Shown: positions 29,611-39,718 of the stretch, in pieces
How the letters are laid out: each line of letters starts with the position of its first letter
Position numbering within the stretch: the first letter of the stretch is position 1
NCBI GenBank assembly: GCA_036012755.1
Contig: DASCPX010000091.1
Coordinates: 39,507-103,506, forward strand
DNA length: 64,000 bases
Direction: 5' to 3'
DNA from: Myxococcota bacterium
GTDB taxonomy: Bacteria > Myxococcota_A > UBA796 > CAJQPC01
Made by a program: the position numbers and the translations under genes
Notes under the pieces: model-generated
What the model was told of the DNA's origin: nothing
The model's database searches: none
Seen by the model: only the letters and a program-made list of their open reading frames with translations

Positions 29611-30504
29611 GTGCTGACGTGGACCACGGCTGGGGCTGTCGAGCGGCCAACGCGCGTCCAGATACGTGTGCAGCGCGCGTACCCGGGGCGTGTGCGCGCG
29701 GGAGCGCCGGTCCCGACCCGCTCGATGACAGAGGCCGAGATCCGGGACAACCTGCGCTTCTTCACGGAAGGACTCAGCGGTCCGCGGTCGAAGCCCTGCA
29801 GGGTGCTCGTGCTGTCCGGGGTCGGGGTCGCGGCGCGACCGGACACCCCGGAGGTGCTCGAAGCGGCGCGGGGCCTCGGCCTTCGGCACGTGACCCTCCA
29901 CGTCGGGGTCGAGGATCTCGAGGGGCTGGACGTCGGGCGACTGGCCGGGGTCGTGGACACGCTGGTCGTGCCCGTGCAGCCGGGCCCGACAGGGGCGGTT
30001 CGCCTTGGCGCCATGGCCCTGCGCGCCTGTCGGGACGCGGGCATCGACGTGGTCGCCAACACGGTGCTGTCGGAGAACGCCTTGCCCTCGCTTCAGCCCG
30101 CTGCTCGGGCGATAGCCAGGGCTGGACCCCGCTCGGCGACCTTCACGTACCCCTTCCCGATCTCGGGCAACACCTCGTCGGAGGTTCCTCGCATCGCTGC
30201 GGTCATCGCGGCTCTCGGCCCTGCCGTCGGCGAACTCGAGCGGGGCGGCGTCAGTGTCACCATCAAGGGGCTCCCCGCCTGCTACCTCGGCGAGATGAGC
30301 CGCCTGTGCACGCGCTCGGCGAACCGCTGGTACGTCGACGCAGACCACCAGAGAGAGGACGCCATCCTGTTCTTCCCCGGCGTGGTTCGCTTCCACAAGG
30401 GCGAGGCGTGCCGGTTCTGCTCGCTGGACTCGGCGTGCGATGGCTTCTTCGCGACCTACCTGCGTCGTCCGGGTTTCCCGGCGCTGTCCCCGGTGGCTCA
30501 GTAG
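29611..30504 (+). CDS. Radical-SAM-fold-like protein lacking CxxxCxxC (HxsC-like C-terminal Cys cluster)
   Basis: SD GGAGG before GTG; LVLSG, VVANTVL, GLPAC.L, KGEACRFCSLDSACDG...Y. Confidence 0.6.
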   Translation: MLTWTTAGAVERPTRVQIRVQRAYPGRVRAGAPVPTRSMTEAEIRDNLRFFTEGLSGPRSKPCRVLVLSGVGVAARPDTPEVLEAARGLGLRHVTLHVGVEDLEGLDVGRLAGVVDTLVVPVQPGPTGAVRLGAMALRACRDAGIDVVANTVLSENALPSLQPAARAIARAGPRSATFTYPFPISGNTSSEVPRIAAVIAALGPAVGELERGGVSVTIKGLPACYLGEMSRLCTRSANRWYVDADHQREDAILFFPGVVRFHKGEACRFCSLDSACDGFFATYLRRPGFPALSPVAQ

Positions 30505-31544
30505 GCTGCTCGGACCCGGCTGGCCAGGTTTGCGGCGTCCTTGCCCCGTGGGTGGTCCGACTCCGAGATGCGCTCGAGCTCCCAGAGCGCATCGCCGATC
30601 TGGAGATCGAGCACCAGCGCCTGGGCGTACCACCAGTCGAAGCCCCAGGGGAGCTCGTCGTACTGGACGTTGTCGTTGACGTCCCGTAGTGCCTCGAAGG
30701 CGTTGGGCCCATCGTGGGAGCAGACGTATGCGAGGCCTTCGAGGTAGCGGAGGTTCCAGTCCTCTGGGTCGCCGCGCCACGCCATGTGGAGCTTCGTTGA
30801 TGCCGCTCTGCAATCTCCTTGCCCCAGGCCCTCGATCGCGGCAGCGGTGCTGCCAGCGTAGAGAGACGCCATCGCGTCGGGAGGGAGCTCGTCCGGGAGG
30901 AGCGCCGCAGCCTTCCAACTCTCCTGCTCCGGGCTCAAACGCCCCGCCCACCAGCTCCCCGCCGCGATGATGAGCCCCGCGATCACAACCGGGGTCCATG
31001 GCACCGCGATGGGCTTCTTCTGTTCCTGGCGTCTGCGTAGTCCTCGCTTGGGGCGCGGTCGGTTTGCCGGGGGGGCCGCCGGCGGGGCCGGCTTGGGTGC
31101 AGGCACCTCTGCTGCGCGGTTTGCGCTCGCGGCGGTCCGCAGGGCGAGGCGCACCAGCTCGATGTGGGTGCTGCATCGCGTGCACTGGGAGGCGTGCTGC
31201 TCGAGCTGCCTGGCCTGGTTCTCCGAGGCGGTCTCCAGCGCCACCGAGACGATCAGCTGGGCCTCCGGGTGGCGGCCGACGACGCCGTCGTCCTTGCGCA
31301 GTCGCTCCAGGCCTTTCAGCGCCGCAGCGTCCATGGCGGCGACCGCATAGCCCACTGCGTCTGGTGCGAGGCTGCCCAGCGCGATGGCGGCCGCCTCCTT
31401 CTCGAGCTCGGTCCTGGTCGGAGCGTCGAAGCGCCACCGCGGCGACGCGAGCACCCGAGCGGCCACCGCCCGGAGATGGTTGCGCATCGCGGTGCGTGCG
31501 TTGGGATCCCCAGAGCGGAAGCGGGAGATCAGCTCCTGGTCCAT
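30498..31544 (-). CDS. Membrane protein: ECF-sigma-region-2-like N-terminus + zf-HC2 (ZAS) + TM + TPR
   Basis: MDQELISRFRSGDPNA; H-x24-HASQCTRC; TM VVIAGLIIAAGSWW; TPR-like YLEGLAY / WWYAQAL. Confidence 0.65.
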   Translation of the reverse strand: MDQELISRFRSGDPNARTAMRNHLRAVAARVLASPRWRFDAPTRTELEKEAAAIALGSLAPDAVGYAVAAMDAAALKGLERLRKDDGVVGRHPEAQLIVSVALETASENQARQLEQHASQCTRCSTHIELVRLALRTAASANRAAEVPAPKPAPPAAPPANRPRPKRGLRRRQEQKKPIAVPWTPVVIAGLIIAAGSWWAGRLSPEQESWKAAALLPDELPPDAMASLYAGSTAAAIEGLGQGDCRAASTKLHMAWRGDPEDWNLRYLEGLAYVCSHDGPNAFEALRDVNDNVQYDELPWGFDWWYAQALVLDLQIGDALWELERISESDHPRGKDAANLASRVRAAY

Positions 31545-31609
31545 GGCCACCCTCGGCGCCTCGGCGCGAGGCGTCGTTATGATACCGACTCACCGGAGGT
31601 GGGGTCGGA

Positions 31610-33055
<1,446 letters not shown>

Positions 33056-33092
33056 GGCGTTCGGGATATCAGTCCCACAACGGAGGCCATGC

Positions 33093-34163
33093 ATGGACGC
33101 GTTCGCCCAGATGAGCCGAATGGGTCACGAGCAGGTCGTCTTCGTGAGCAACCCGGAGGTCGGGCTTCGGGCGATCATCGCGATCCACGACACGACCCTC
33201 GGTCCGTCGCTGGGTGGGTGCCGCCTCTACCCATACACCAGCGAGGGAGACGCCCTGCGAGACGTCCTTCGCCTGTCGCGCGGAATGACCTACAAGGCCG
33301 CGATCGCAGGCTTGGACCTTGGCGGCGGAAAGGCCGTCATCATCGGCGATCCCGGCATCAAGTCAGAGGCCCTGTTCCGGGCCTTCGGCCGAGCGGTCGA
33401 GTCCCTCGGTGGCCGCTACATCACGGCCGAGGACATGAACACGAACGTCGACGACATGGGCCACATCGCCCGGGAGTCCAAGTGGGTCATGGGCACCGGC
33501 AAGGCCAGCGGCGGCTCGGGCGATCCCTCCCCGGTGACCGCCTGGGGCGTCTTCCACGGCATCCGCGCCACCTTGGAGGTCGTCTTCGGGAGTCCCGAGG
33601 TTCGCGGTCGAAAGGTCGCCGTCCAGGGTGTCGGCCACGTCGGCTACTACCTCGCCGGGTATCTCGCGGAGGCGGGCGCGGAGCTCTACTTCACCGACAT
33701 CAACCCGACCAGGCTGCAGAAGTGCCTCGACGACCACGGCGGAGAGGTGATCGACGGCGAGGCCTTCTACGCGATGGACGTCGACGTCCTGGCGCCCTGC
33801 GCCATCGGCGGAATCCTGAACGAGCACACGATTCCGCAGATCAAGGCTCCAATCATCGCTGGCGGTGCCAACAACGTGCTCAACGACGAGACCAGTGACG
33901 GCAAGGCCGTCCTGGAGCGCGGCATCACCTATGCCCCCGACTTCGTCATCAACGCCGGCGGCCTGATCAACGTCTACAGCGAGCTGCGGGGCTGGCCTCG
34001 CGACAAGGCCATGGACGACGCGGCCAGGGTCTTCGACACGGTGAAGGACATCATCAACCGCGCAAAAGCACAGGGCACGACGACCAACCAGGCCGCAGAG
34101 GAGCTGGCTCAGCGCCGGCTCGACCAGGTCGCCTGCATCCAGCGGCTGCACCTGCCACGCTAG
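33093..34163 (+). CDS. Leu/Phe/Val dehydrogenase
   Basis: IAIHDTTLGP.LGG.R, LRLSRGMTYKAA.AGL.LGGGKAVI, YITAED, GSGDPSPVTA, PDFVINAGG. Confidence 0.93.
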   Translation: MDAFAQMSRMGHEQVVFVSNPEVGLRAIIAIHDTTLGPSLGGCRLYPYTSEGDALRDVLRLSRGMTYKAAIAGLDLGGGKAVIIGDPGIKSEALFRAFGRAVESLGGRYITAEDMNTNVDDMGHIARESKWVMGTGKASGGSGDPSPVTAWGVFHGIRATLEVVFGSPEVRGRKVAVQGVGHVGYYLAGYLAEAGAELYFTDINPTRLQKCLDDHGGEVIDGEAFYAMDVDVLAPCAIGGILNEHTIPQIKAPIIAGGANNVLNDETSDGKAVLERGITYAPDFVINAGGLINVYSELRGWPRDKAMDDAARVFDTVKDIINRAKAQGTTTNQAAEELAQRRLDQVACIQRLHLPR

Positions 34164-34642
34164 AGCGGGTACTTCCCGCGCAGGGCCTGGTTCACGGCTG
34201 CAGGCACGTAGCGACTGACGTCGCCGTGGTTCATCGCGATCTCCTTCACCAGCGAGGAGCTCACGAAGATGTTGCAGGGCGGGGCGAGCAGGAAGACCGT
34301 CTGGACCGCGGGCGCCATGTCCATGTTGGCCAGGCCGATCTGGAACTCGAAGTCGAAGTCCGAGGTCGCGCGCAGCCCGCGCAGGATGACGTCGGCGCCG
34401 ACCTCGACGCAGTAGTCCACCAGGAGCCCGCTGAAGGCCTCGACCTTCACGTCTGGGAGGTGACCGGTGCAGGCGTAGAGGAGCTCGATGCGCTCATCGA
34501 TGTCGAAGAGCGACGTCTTCTCCACGTTGTGCCCGCACGCTACGAGGACCTCGTCGAAGATCACAGTGCCTCGGGCGATGATGTCGAGGTGGCCGTTCGT
34601 GATCGGGTCGAAGGACCCGGCAACCACCGCTCGCGTCGTCAT
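34160..34642 (-). CDS. coaD: Phosphopantetheine adenylyltransferase
   Basis: GSFDPITNGHLDII, RGLRA.SDFDFE, SSSLVKE. Confidence 0.96.
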   Translation of the reverse strand: MTTRAVVAGSFDPITNGHLDIIARGTVIFDEVLVACGHNVEKTSLFDIDERIELLYACTGHLPDVKVEAFSGLLVDYCVEVGADVILRGLRATSDFDFEFQIGLANMDMAPAVQTVFLLAPPCNIFVSSSLVKEIAMNHGDVSRYVPAAVNQALRGKYPL

Positions 34643-35505
34643 CCGAGGCGACTCGCGAGGCGTGCTCCGAGCATCTGGGCGGCCTCGAGGTGCCAGTCCT
34701 CGAACTCGGCGACTCCGAAGGGGTTGAGCAGCTCGAGGCAGCCGTGCACCCGCCTCGGACCGCGCAGCGGCACTACCAGGATGGCCTGGGTGGCGTAGCC
34801 GGAGCGCTTGTCCACCTCGTCGAAGTGTCTCGCATCGTGCCAGACCTCGCGAAGCAGGAGCGCGGTCCGCGAGCTCACGGCCACACCGGCGAGGCCCTTG
34901 TCGGCTGGGATCTTCAGCCCTCGCACGTTGCCGGAGCGGGGCCCGGTCGCCGCAACGAAGACGAGCTCGTCTCCGCCCGGGGTCAGCAGGAGGACCGCCC
35001 CCGACTCGGCAGGGATGAACTGGCCGGCGAGGTCGAGGGCCGCACGACAGGCGTCCTCTGTGGTCTCGGCGGTCTCGAGGACCGCGGCGGCGTCGACCAG
35101 GGCTTCTATGCTGTCGGCGCTGCGCTCGGCGACGGTCTCGAAGGCCGGAGAGGTGCGGGGATCCGGAGCGTCGAAGTCGTCCGCCTCCACCGGCTCGGCG
35201 ACGGAGATGGCCTCTGCGAGGCGGGGACGCACGCTGGGCTCGGGCTCCGGCTCCGCTGGCGTGCCTGCGCCGACCTGGAGCGAGACCGCCTCCGCGGCCT
35301 CCTTGACCTCTTCGACGAGGAAGCTCGCCCCGCTGGCGGGGTCACACACCGTGATGATTCCGGTCGGGTCGAGGTCGCAGATGACCCGGGAGAGGTCGCC
35401 CTCCGACAGGCCGAAGTGGCCGAGGCCGCTGCCCAGGGCAGCCATCCAGTTTGCGGCTTCGACGCGGTGCTCGTCGCTTCCGCTGAGGATTCGGAACGTT
35501 GGCAT
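34639..35505 (-). CDS. GAF-domain protein with uncharacterised N-terminal domain
   Basis: SD GGAGG; GAF motifs L.F.AA.G, GLAG, D.RHF.EVD..SGY.T..IL.VPL, G.LELLN. Confidence 0.8.
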   Translation of the reverse strand: MPTFRILSGSDEHRVEAANWMAALGSGLGHFGLSEGDLSRVICDLDPTGIITVCDPASGASFLVEEVKEAAEAVSLQVGAGTPAEPEPEPSVRPRLAEAISVAEPVEADDFDAPDPRTSPAFETVAERSADSIEALVDAAAVLETAETTEDACRAALDLAGQFIPAESGAVLLLTPGGDELVFVAATGPRSGNVRGLKIPADKGLAGVAVSSRTALLLREVWHDARHFDEVDKRSGYATQAILVVPLRGPRRVHGCLELLNPFGVAEFEDWHLEAAQMLGARLASRLG

Positions 35506-35618
35506 CGGTCCTCCGGGCACACGCTGACGTAGGCACCCTGATATCACGCCGGTGTCGGACCTCGGATAGGAGGGAACACGACCCGCCAGGTGTGGTCGCT
35601 CCCTCAAGGAGGCAGAGC

Positions 35619-37442
35619 ATGTGCGGAATCGTCGGCTACGTCGGACCTCGCCGGGCCACGCCAGTCCTTCTCGATGGCCTCAAGAGGCTGGAGTACCGTG
35701 GCTACGACTCAGCTGGCGTCGCTCTGATCGACTCGGGCAAGCTGGAGGTCACCAAGCGCGTCGGGCGGGTCGCCAACCTCGCGGCAGCCATCGATGAAGA
35801 TGGTGTCGCCAAGCTGGGGATCGCCCACACGCGGTGGGCAACTCACGGCGGGGTGACACGACCCAACGCTCACCCTCACACCGACGTGAGCGGGCGCATC
35901 GCCGTGGTGCACAACGGCATCATCGACAACGACGAGGCGCTCCGGGGCCGCCTCGTCGCCGAGGGAATCCGCTTCGCCAGCGAGACGGACACAGAGGTCC
36001 TCGCTCACCTGGTCGCCTCCCACTACGACGGGGACCCCGAGGCGGCAGTGCTGGCGGCCCTGCGCGAGGTCCGGGGGACCTACGGCCTCGTCGTCGTCTT
36101 CGCGGACCACCCGGGCACGCTGGTCGCGGCGCGAAACGGCTCTCCGCTGGTCGTCGGGCTGGGGGAGGGGGAGAACTTCGTCGCCTCTGATCCCCACGCG
36201 CTGACGCGCTACACGCGGCGCGTCATCTACCTCGAGGACCGCGAGCTCGCGGTCGTCACTGCGGGCGATGTGCACAGCGTCCAGCTCGACGGGACAGAGG
36301 CCATCCACACCGTCGAGGAGCTCGAGGCCGTCTACGGCGACGACGACAAGGGTGACTACCCCCACTACATGCTCAAGGAGATCCACGAGCAGCCCGAGTC
36401 CATCGGCCGGTGCCTGCGCGGACGTGTCCAGCCCGAGCTCGGCACGGCGCGTCTGGGGGGCTTCGACCTCACACCACGGCAGCTCACAGAGATCCACCGC
36501 GTGACGATCCTGGGCTGCGGGACGAGCTACCACGCGGCCCTGGTCGGGGCCTACGCCATCGAGAGCCTGGCGCGCGTGCCAGCCTCGGCCCAGATCGCGA
36601 GCGAGTTCCGCTACCGCAACCCGGTCATAGACCCGAGGGGCCTCTTCCTGGTCGTGTCCCAGTCCGGCGAGACCGCCGACAGCCTCGGCGCCATCCGCGA
36701 GGTCCAGATCAAGGGTGGGGACGTGAAGGGGGTCGTCAACGTCGTCGGCTCCTCTATCGCCCGGCTCTGCGGGGCTGGGGTCTACATCCACAGCGGCCCC
36801 GAGGTCGCCGTGGCCTCGACGAAGGCCTTCACCTCCCAGATCTCGGCGCTGTACGTCTTCACGCTGATGCTCGCGCGCACCCTCACGCTGCCGCCGCACG
36901 AGAGCCAGGAGCTGGCCCGGTCCCTGGTCGAGATGCCGGAGCTCGTCCGGGCCTACCTGGAGGACCCGGGGGACATCGAGGGCGCCGTCCGCCTCCTCGT
37001 CGGCGCGAGGTACGCCCTGTTCATGGGCCGCGGCCTGTCCTACCCGGTGGCGCTGGAGGGCGCCCTGAAGCTCAAGGAGATCGCCTACATCCCGTGCGAG
37101 GCCTACCCGGGTGGGGAGATGAAGCACGGCCCGATCGCCATGATGGAGGCGGGAACTCCTGTCGTAGCCGTCGTGCCCGAGGACGCCCACCGGGAGAAGA
37201 TGCTCAGCAACATGCAGGAGGTCCGTGCCCGTGGGGCGACCCTGGTCGTCGTCCATAGCCGCGGCGACAGGCAGGCCGAGGGTCTCGCGGATGTCTCCCT
37301 CCCGGTCCCCGCGACCGCGCCCATGCTCTCCCCCCTCGTCACCGTGCTCCCGCTGCAGCTGCTCAGCTACCGCGCGGCCCTCGCGATGGGCCGTGACATC
37401 GACATGCCGAGGAACCTCGCGAAGTCCGTCACGGTCGAGTAG
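35619..37442 (+). CDS. glmS: Glutamine--fructose-6-phosphate aminotransferase
   Basis: MCGIVG, LEYRGYDSAG, HTRWATHG, SQSGETAD, VASTKAFT, EMKHGP, PRNLAKSVTVE. Confidence 0.98.
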   Translation: MCGIVGYVGPRRATPVLLDGLKRLEYRGYDSAGVALIDSGKLEVTKRVGRVANLAAAIDEDGVAKLGIAHTRWATHGGVTRPNAHPHTDVSGRIAVVHNGIIDNDEALRGRLVAEGIRFASETDTEVLAHLVASHYDGDPEAAVLAALREVRGTYGLVVVFADHPGTLVAARNGSPLVVGLGEGENFVASDPHALTRYTRRVIYLEDRELAVVTAGDVHSVQLDGTEAIHTVEELEAVYGDDDKGDYPHYMLKEIHEQPESIGRCLRGRVQPELGTARLGGFDLTPRQLTEIHRVTILGCGTSYHAALVGAYAIESLARVPASAQIASEFRYRNPVIDPRGLFLVVSQSGETADSLGAIREVQIKGGDVKGVVNVVGSSIARLCGAGVYIHSGPEVAVASTKAFTSQISALYVFTLMLARTLTLPPHESQELARSLVEMPELVRAYLEDPGDIEGAVRLLVGARYALFMGRGLSYPVALEGALKLKEIAYIPCEAYPGGEMKHGPIAMMEAGTPVVAVVPEDAHREKMLSNMQEVRARGATLVVVHSRGDRQAEGLADVSLPVPATAPMLSPLVTVLPLQLLSYRAALAMGRDIDMPRNLAKSVTVE

Positions 37443-37447
37443 TCCGG

Positions 37448-38536
37448 CTAGCGAATGCCGACGAGGCGCCCGTCCGCGAGGCCCGCCGTCAGCACACCCT
37501 GGAAGATCGAGAGCCCGCCGACGACCGGCGCGTCCAGCTCGATCCCGCCCCAGCGCACGCCGTCGTCCACGTCGATGACGACGACCTGGCCAGAGGGGCT
37601 TCCGAGGTAGACGCGATCGCCGGCCAACACCGCGCCCGTCGAGAGCGCGACCCCGGTCTCGGCTGCCCAGCGCTCTGCTCCGGTCTCGGGGTCGAAGGCG
37701 TGGAGCAGACCGCCGGCCTCCGCGACGAGCCAGCCTGCGCGCGGGTGGAAGCTCGGGGGGCCGGATGCCTTCAGCCCGAGCTCCGTTCGCCACAGGCGCT
37801 GTCCGCTGTCCGCCGAGAAGCACACCGCGGCGCCGGGGACGTCCTCGTAGGGAGCGGTGATGACGAGCAAGCGCTGGCCGTCGAAGGCCACTCGCTCCTG
37901 GGCCGGTCCTCCGAGCACTGCGAGCCAGGCTTGCTCCCGGCCTTCGATCGCGATCAGCTCGCCCTCTTCCGTGGCCAGCCAGAGGCGCTCGCCGTCCGTG
38001 CTGAGACCGCCGGCCGAGCTGATGGCGCTGTCGACCGTCCAGCCCGCCGAGGACGACACCAGGCCACCCTCGACGACCCAGGCGAGCTCGTCCTCGTGGA
38101 GGACCGGACTGCCGGAGAGCTCCCCCATCGCGTCGAGGTTCGTCATCCGGTACCCGTCGACGTTCTTGAGCTTCACGAGCCGCTGGCCATCGCCCACCCA
38201 GATCCCGACCACGTCGACGCGCAGCTGTCCACGGACCTCGGCGTCCACCGACCAGGCGATGCTCCCATCGGGCTCCACTCGCAGCACCCGGTCCCCCGCC
38301 GGAAGGTAGAGCGCTCGCCCGTCCGTCGCCCCAGCCCAGACGACAGGGACGCCGAGGTGGTACTCCCACGCCACCTCGGGGGCCCCGGCAGGACCGGGAC
38401 CGGGCCAGATGTCGAGACCCCAGTCGGCGGGCAACGGCTCCGCGGTCGGAAGAGCCTCCGGCGTCGCCTGCGGCCCCATCGGCTGCACTTCGCGGTGGTG
38501 TGCCGTCGACGGCACGCAGGCCAGGAGCCACATCAT
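37448..38536 (-). CDS. PQQ-like beta-propeller lipoprotein (BamB-like fold)
   Basis: MMWLLAC; repeated A.D..TG...W blades. Confidence 0.75.
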   Translation of the reverse strand: MMWLLACVPSTAHHREVQPMGPQATPEALPTAEPLPADWGLDIWPGPGPAGAPEVAWEYHLGVPVVWAGATDGRALYLPAGDRVLRVEPDGSIAWSVDAEVRGQLRVDVVGIWVGDGQRLVKLKNVDGYRMTNLDAMGELSGSPVLHEDELAWVVEGGLVSSSAGWTVDSAISSAGGLSTDGERLWLATEEGELIAIEGREQAWLAVLGGPAQERVAFDGQRLLVITAPYEDVPGAAVCFSADSGQRLWRTELGLKASGPPSFHPRAGWLVAEAGGLLHAFDPETGAERWAAETGVALSTGAVLAGDRVYLGSPSGQVVVIDVDDGVRWGGIELDAPVVGGLSIFQGVLTAGLADGRLVGIR

Positions 38537-38560
38537 CGGTACATGGCTATGCTCCCACGC

Positions 38561-39718
38561 ATGAAAGCGCCCTCATGTGCTGTCGCTGCGTGTCTCCTCC
38601 TCGTCGGCTGCGGGGTCTCGCAGTCCAAGATCCCGGGTCACTCCATCTACGCGGACGAAGACGACCAGCTCACCCACGGCGACGGCGAGCTGCAGTTCGC
38701 GGTCGTCGGGAACCTCCAGAGCGAGGAGCAGGTCACCAAAGACCTGGTGGGCGAGCTGCGCCGGCGGGTCGACAAGAAGCAGCTCGACTTCGTCCTGCTC
38801 ACCGGCGACTCGGTGCCCATGTCGTCCACGAAGACCTGGCAGGCCTTCGATCAGCTCTGGCGCGAGGTCCTCGACGGTGACTCGATCCCCACGACGGAGG
38901 GCTACCGCGTGCCGGTCGTCGCGGTGACGGGGGACCGGGAATACGTCGGCGACAAGAAGCTCCTCGGCATGGAGGGCAGCTTCCCCGGCTACGGCACGGA
39001 CATCGGCTACAACCGCATCGCGAGCTGGTACCACTTCGACGTGCGGGTCGATGACGCCATCTGGCGCTTCCTCATCGTCGACACGAACAAGGACAAGCTC
39101 GGAAGCCGGTGGAACGAGCAGCTCTACTGGATCCCCAGGGCCACAGAGGGGCGCTACGACAAGATCCTCGTGTTCATGCACCATCCCCCATTGACGCTCG
39201 GCTCGGACACGGCGAGCAACGCGGGGGGGGCGCCGCTCGAGCTGCTGGAGGCCATCGAGGACAACTCCGGTCTGATGAAGGTGAAGGCGGTCTTCTCCGG
39301 CGAGCCCAAGACCACGGAGGTGCTGCTGCCCGACGGAAAGCTGGGGACGGCCTTCTTCACGGCTGGCGGCGGCGGCGCACCGGCCGAGGAGCTCGAGCGC
39401 TGGGGCAACGCCCACGCCCAGGGCTACGGCGATGTGCAGCTCGAGCCTTTCTTCGACCTCAAGCTCCAGGGGGACTTCGACTCCCAGGCGCGGGACAGCG
39501 AGTTCCCGGAGCAGGTCATCGACAAGGCCAAGGCCAGCGGCTCGTGGGAGGGCTTCACCGCCGCCTACGACCCCAAGTACTTCCCGCTCTATGGCTACTG
39601 GCTGGTCACGATCACCGGTGACGATCTCGTCGCCAGCTACCGGATGTACCAGGCCGGCGACTTCAGCGAGGTCTACCGGATCGACTTCGAGGGTCGGGAG
39701 TGGGTCTCAGGGGGCTGA
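38561..39718 (+). CDS. Calcineurin-like metallophosphoesterase-fold lipoprotein (degenerate metal site)
   Basis: LLLVGC lipobox; FAVVGN, LTGD, TGDREY, MHHPP, VFSGE, TAGGGGAP. Confidence 0.7.
   Translation: MKAPSCAVAACLLLVGCGVSQSKIPGHSIYADEDDQLTHGDGELQFAVVGNLQSEEQVTKDLVGELRRRVDKKQLDFVLLTGDSVPMSSTKTWQAFDQLWREVLDGDSIPTTEGYRVPVVAVTGDREYVGDKKLLGMEGSFPGYGTDIGYNRIASWYHFDVRVDDAIWRFLIVDTNKDKLGSRWNEQLYWIPRATEGRYDKILVFMHHPPLTLGSDTASNAGGAPLELLEAIEDNSGLMKVKAVFSGEPKTTEVLLPDGKLGTAFFTAGGGGAPAEELERWGNAHAQGYGDVQLEPFFDLKLQGDFDSQARDSEFPEQVIDKAKASGSWEGFTAAYDPKYFPLYGYWLVTITGDDLVASYRMYQAGDFSEVYRIDFEGREWVSGG

Noticed and set aside
35506..35618. glmS ribozyme
   Set aside because: The conserved AGCGCC / GACGAGG core was not found and the gap is short (113 bp, shared with a divergent gene)
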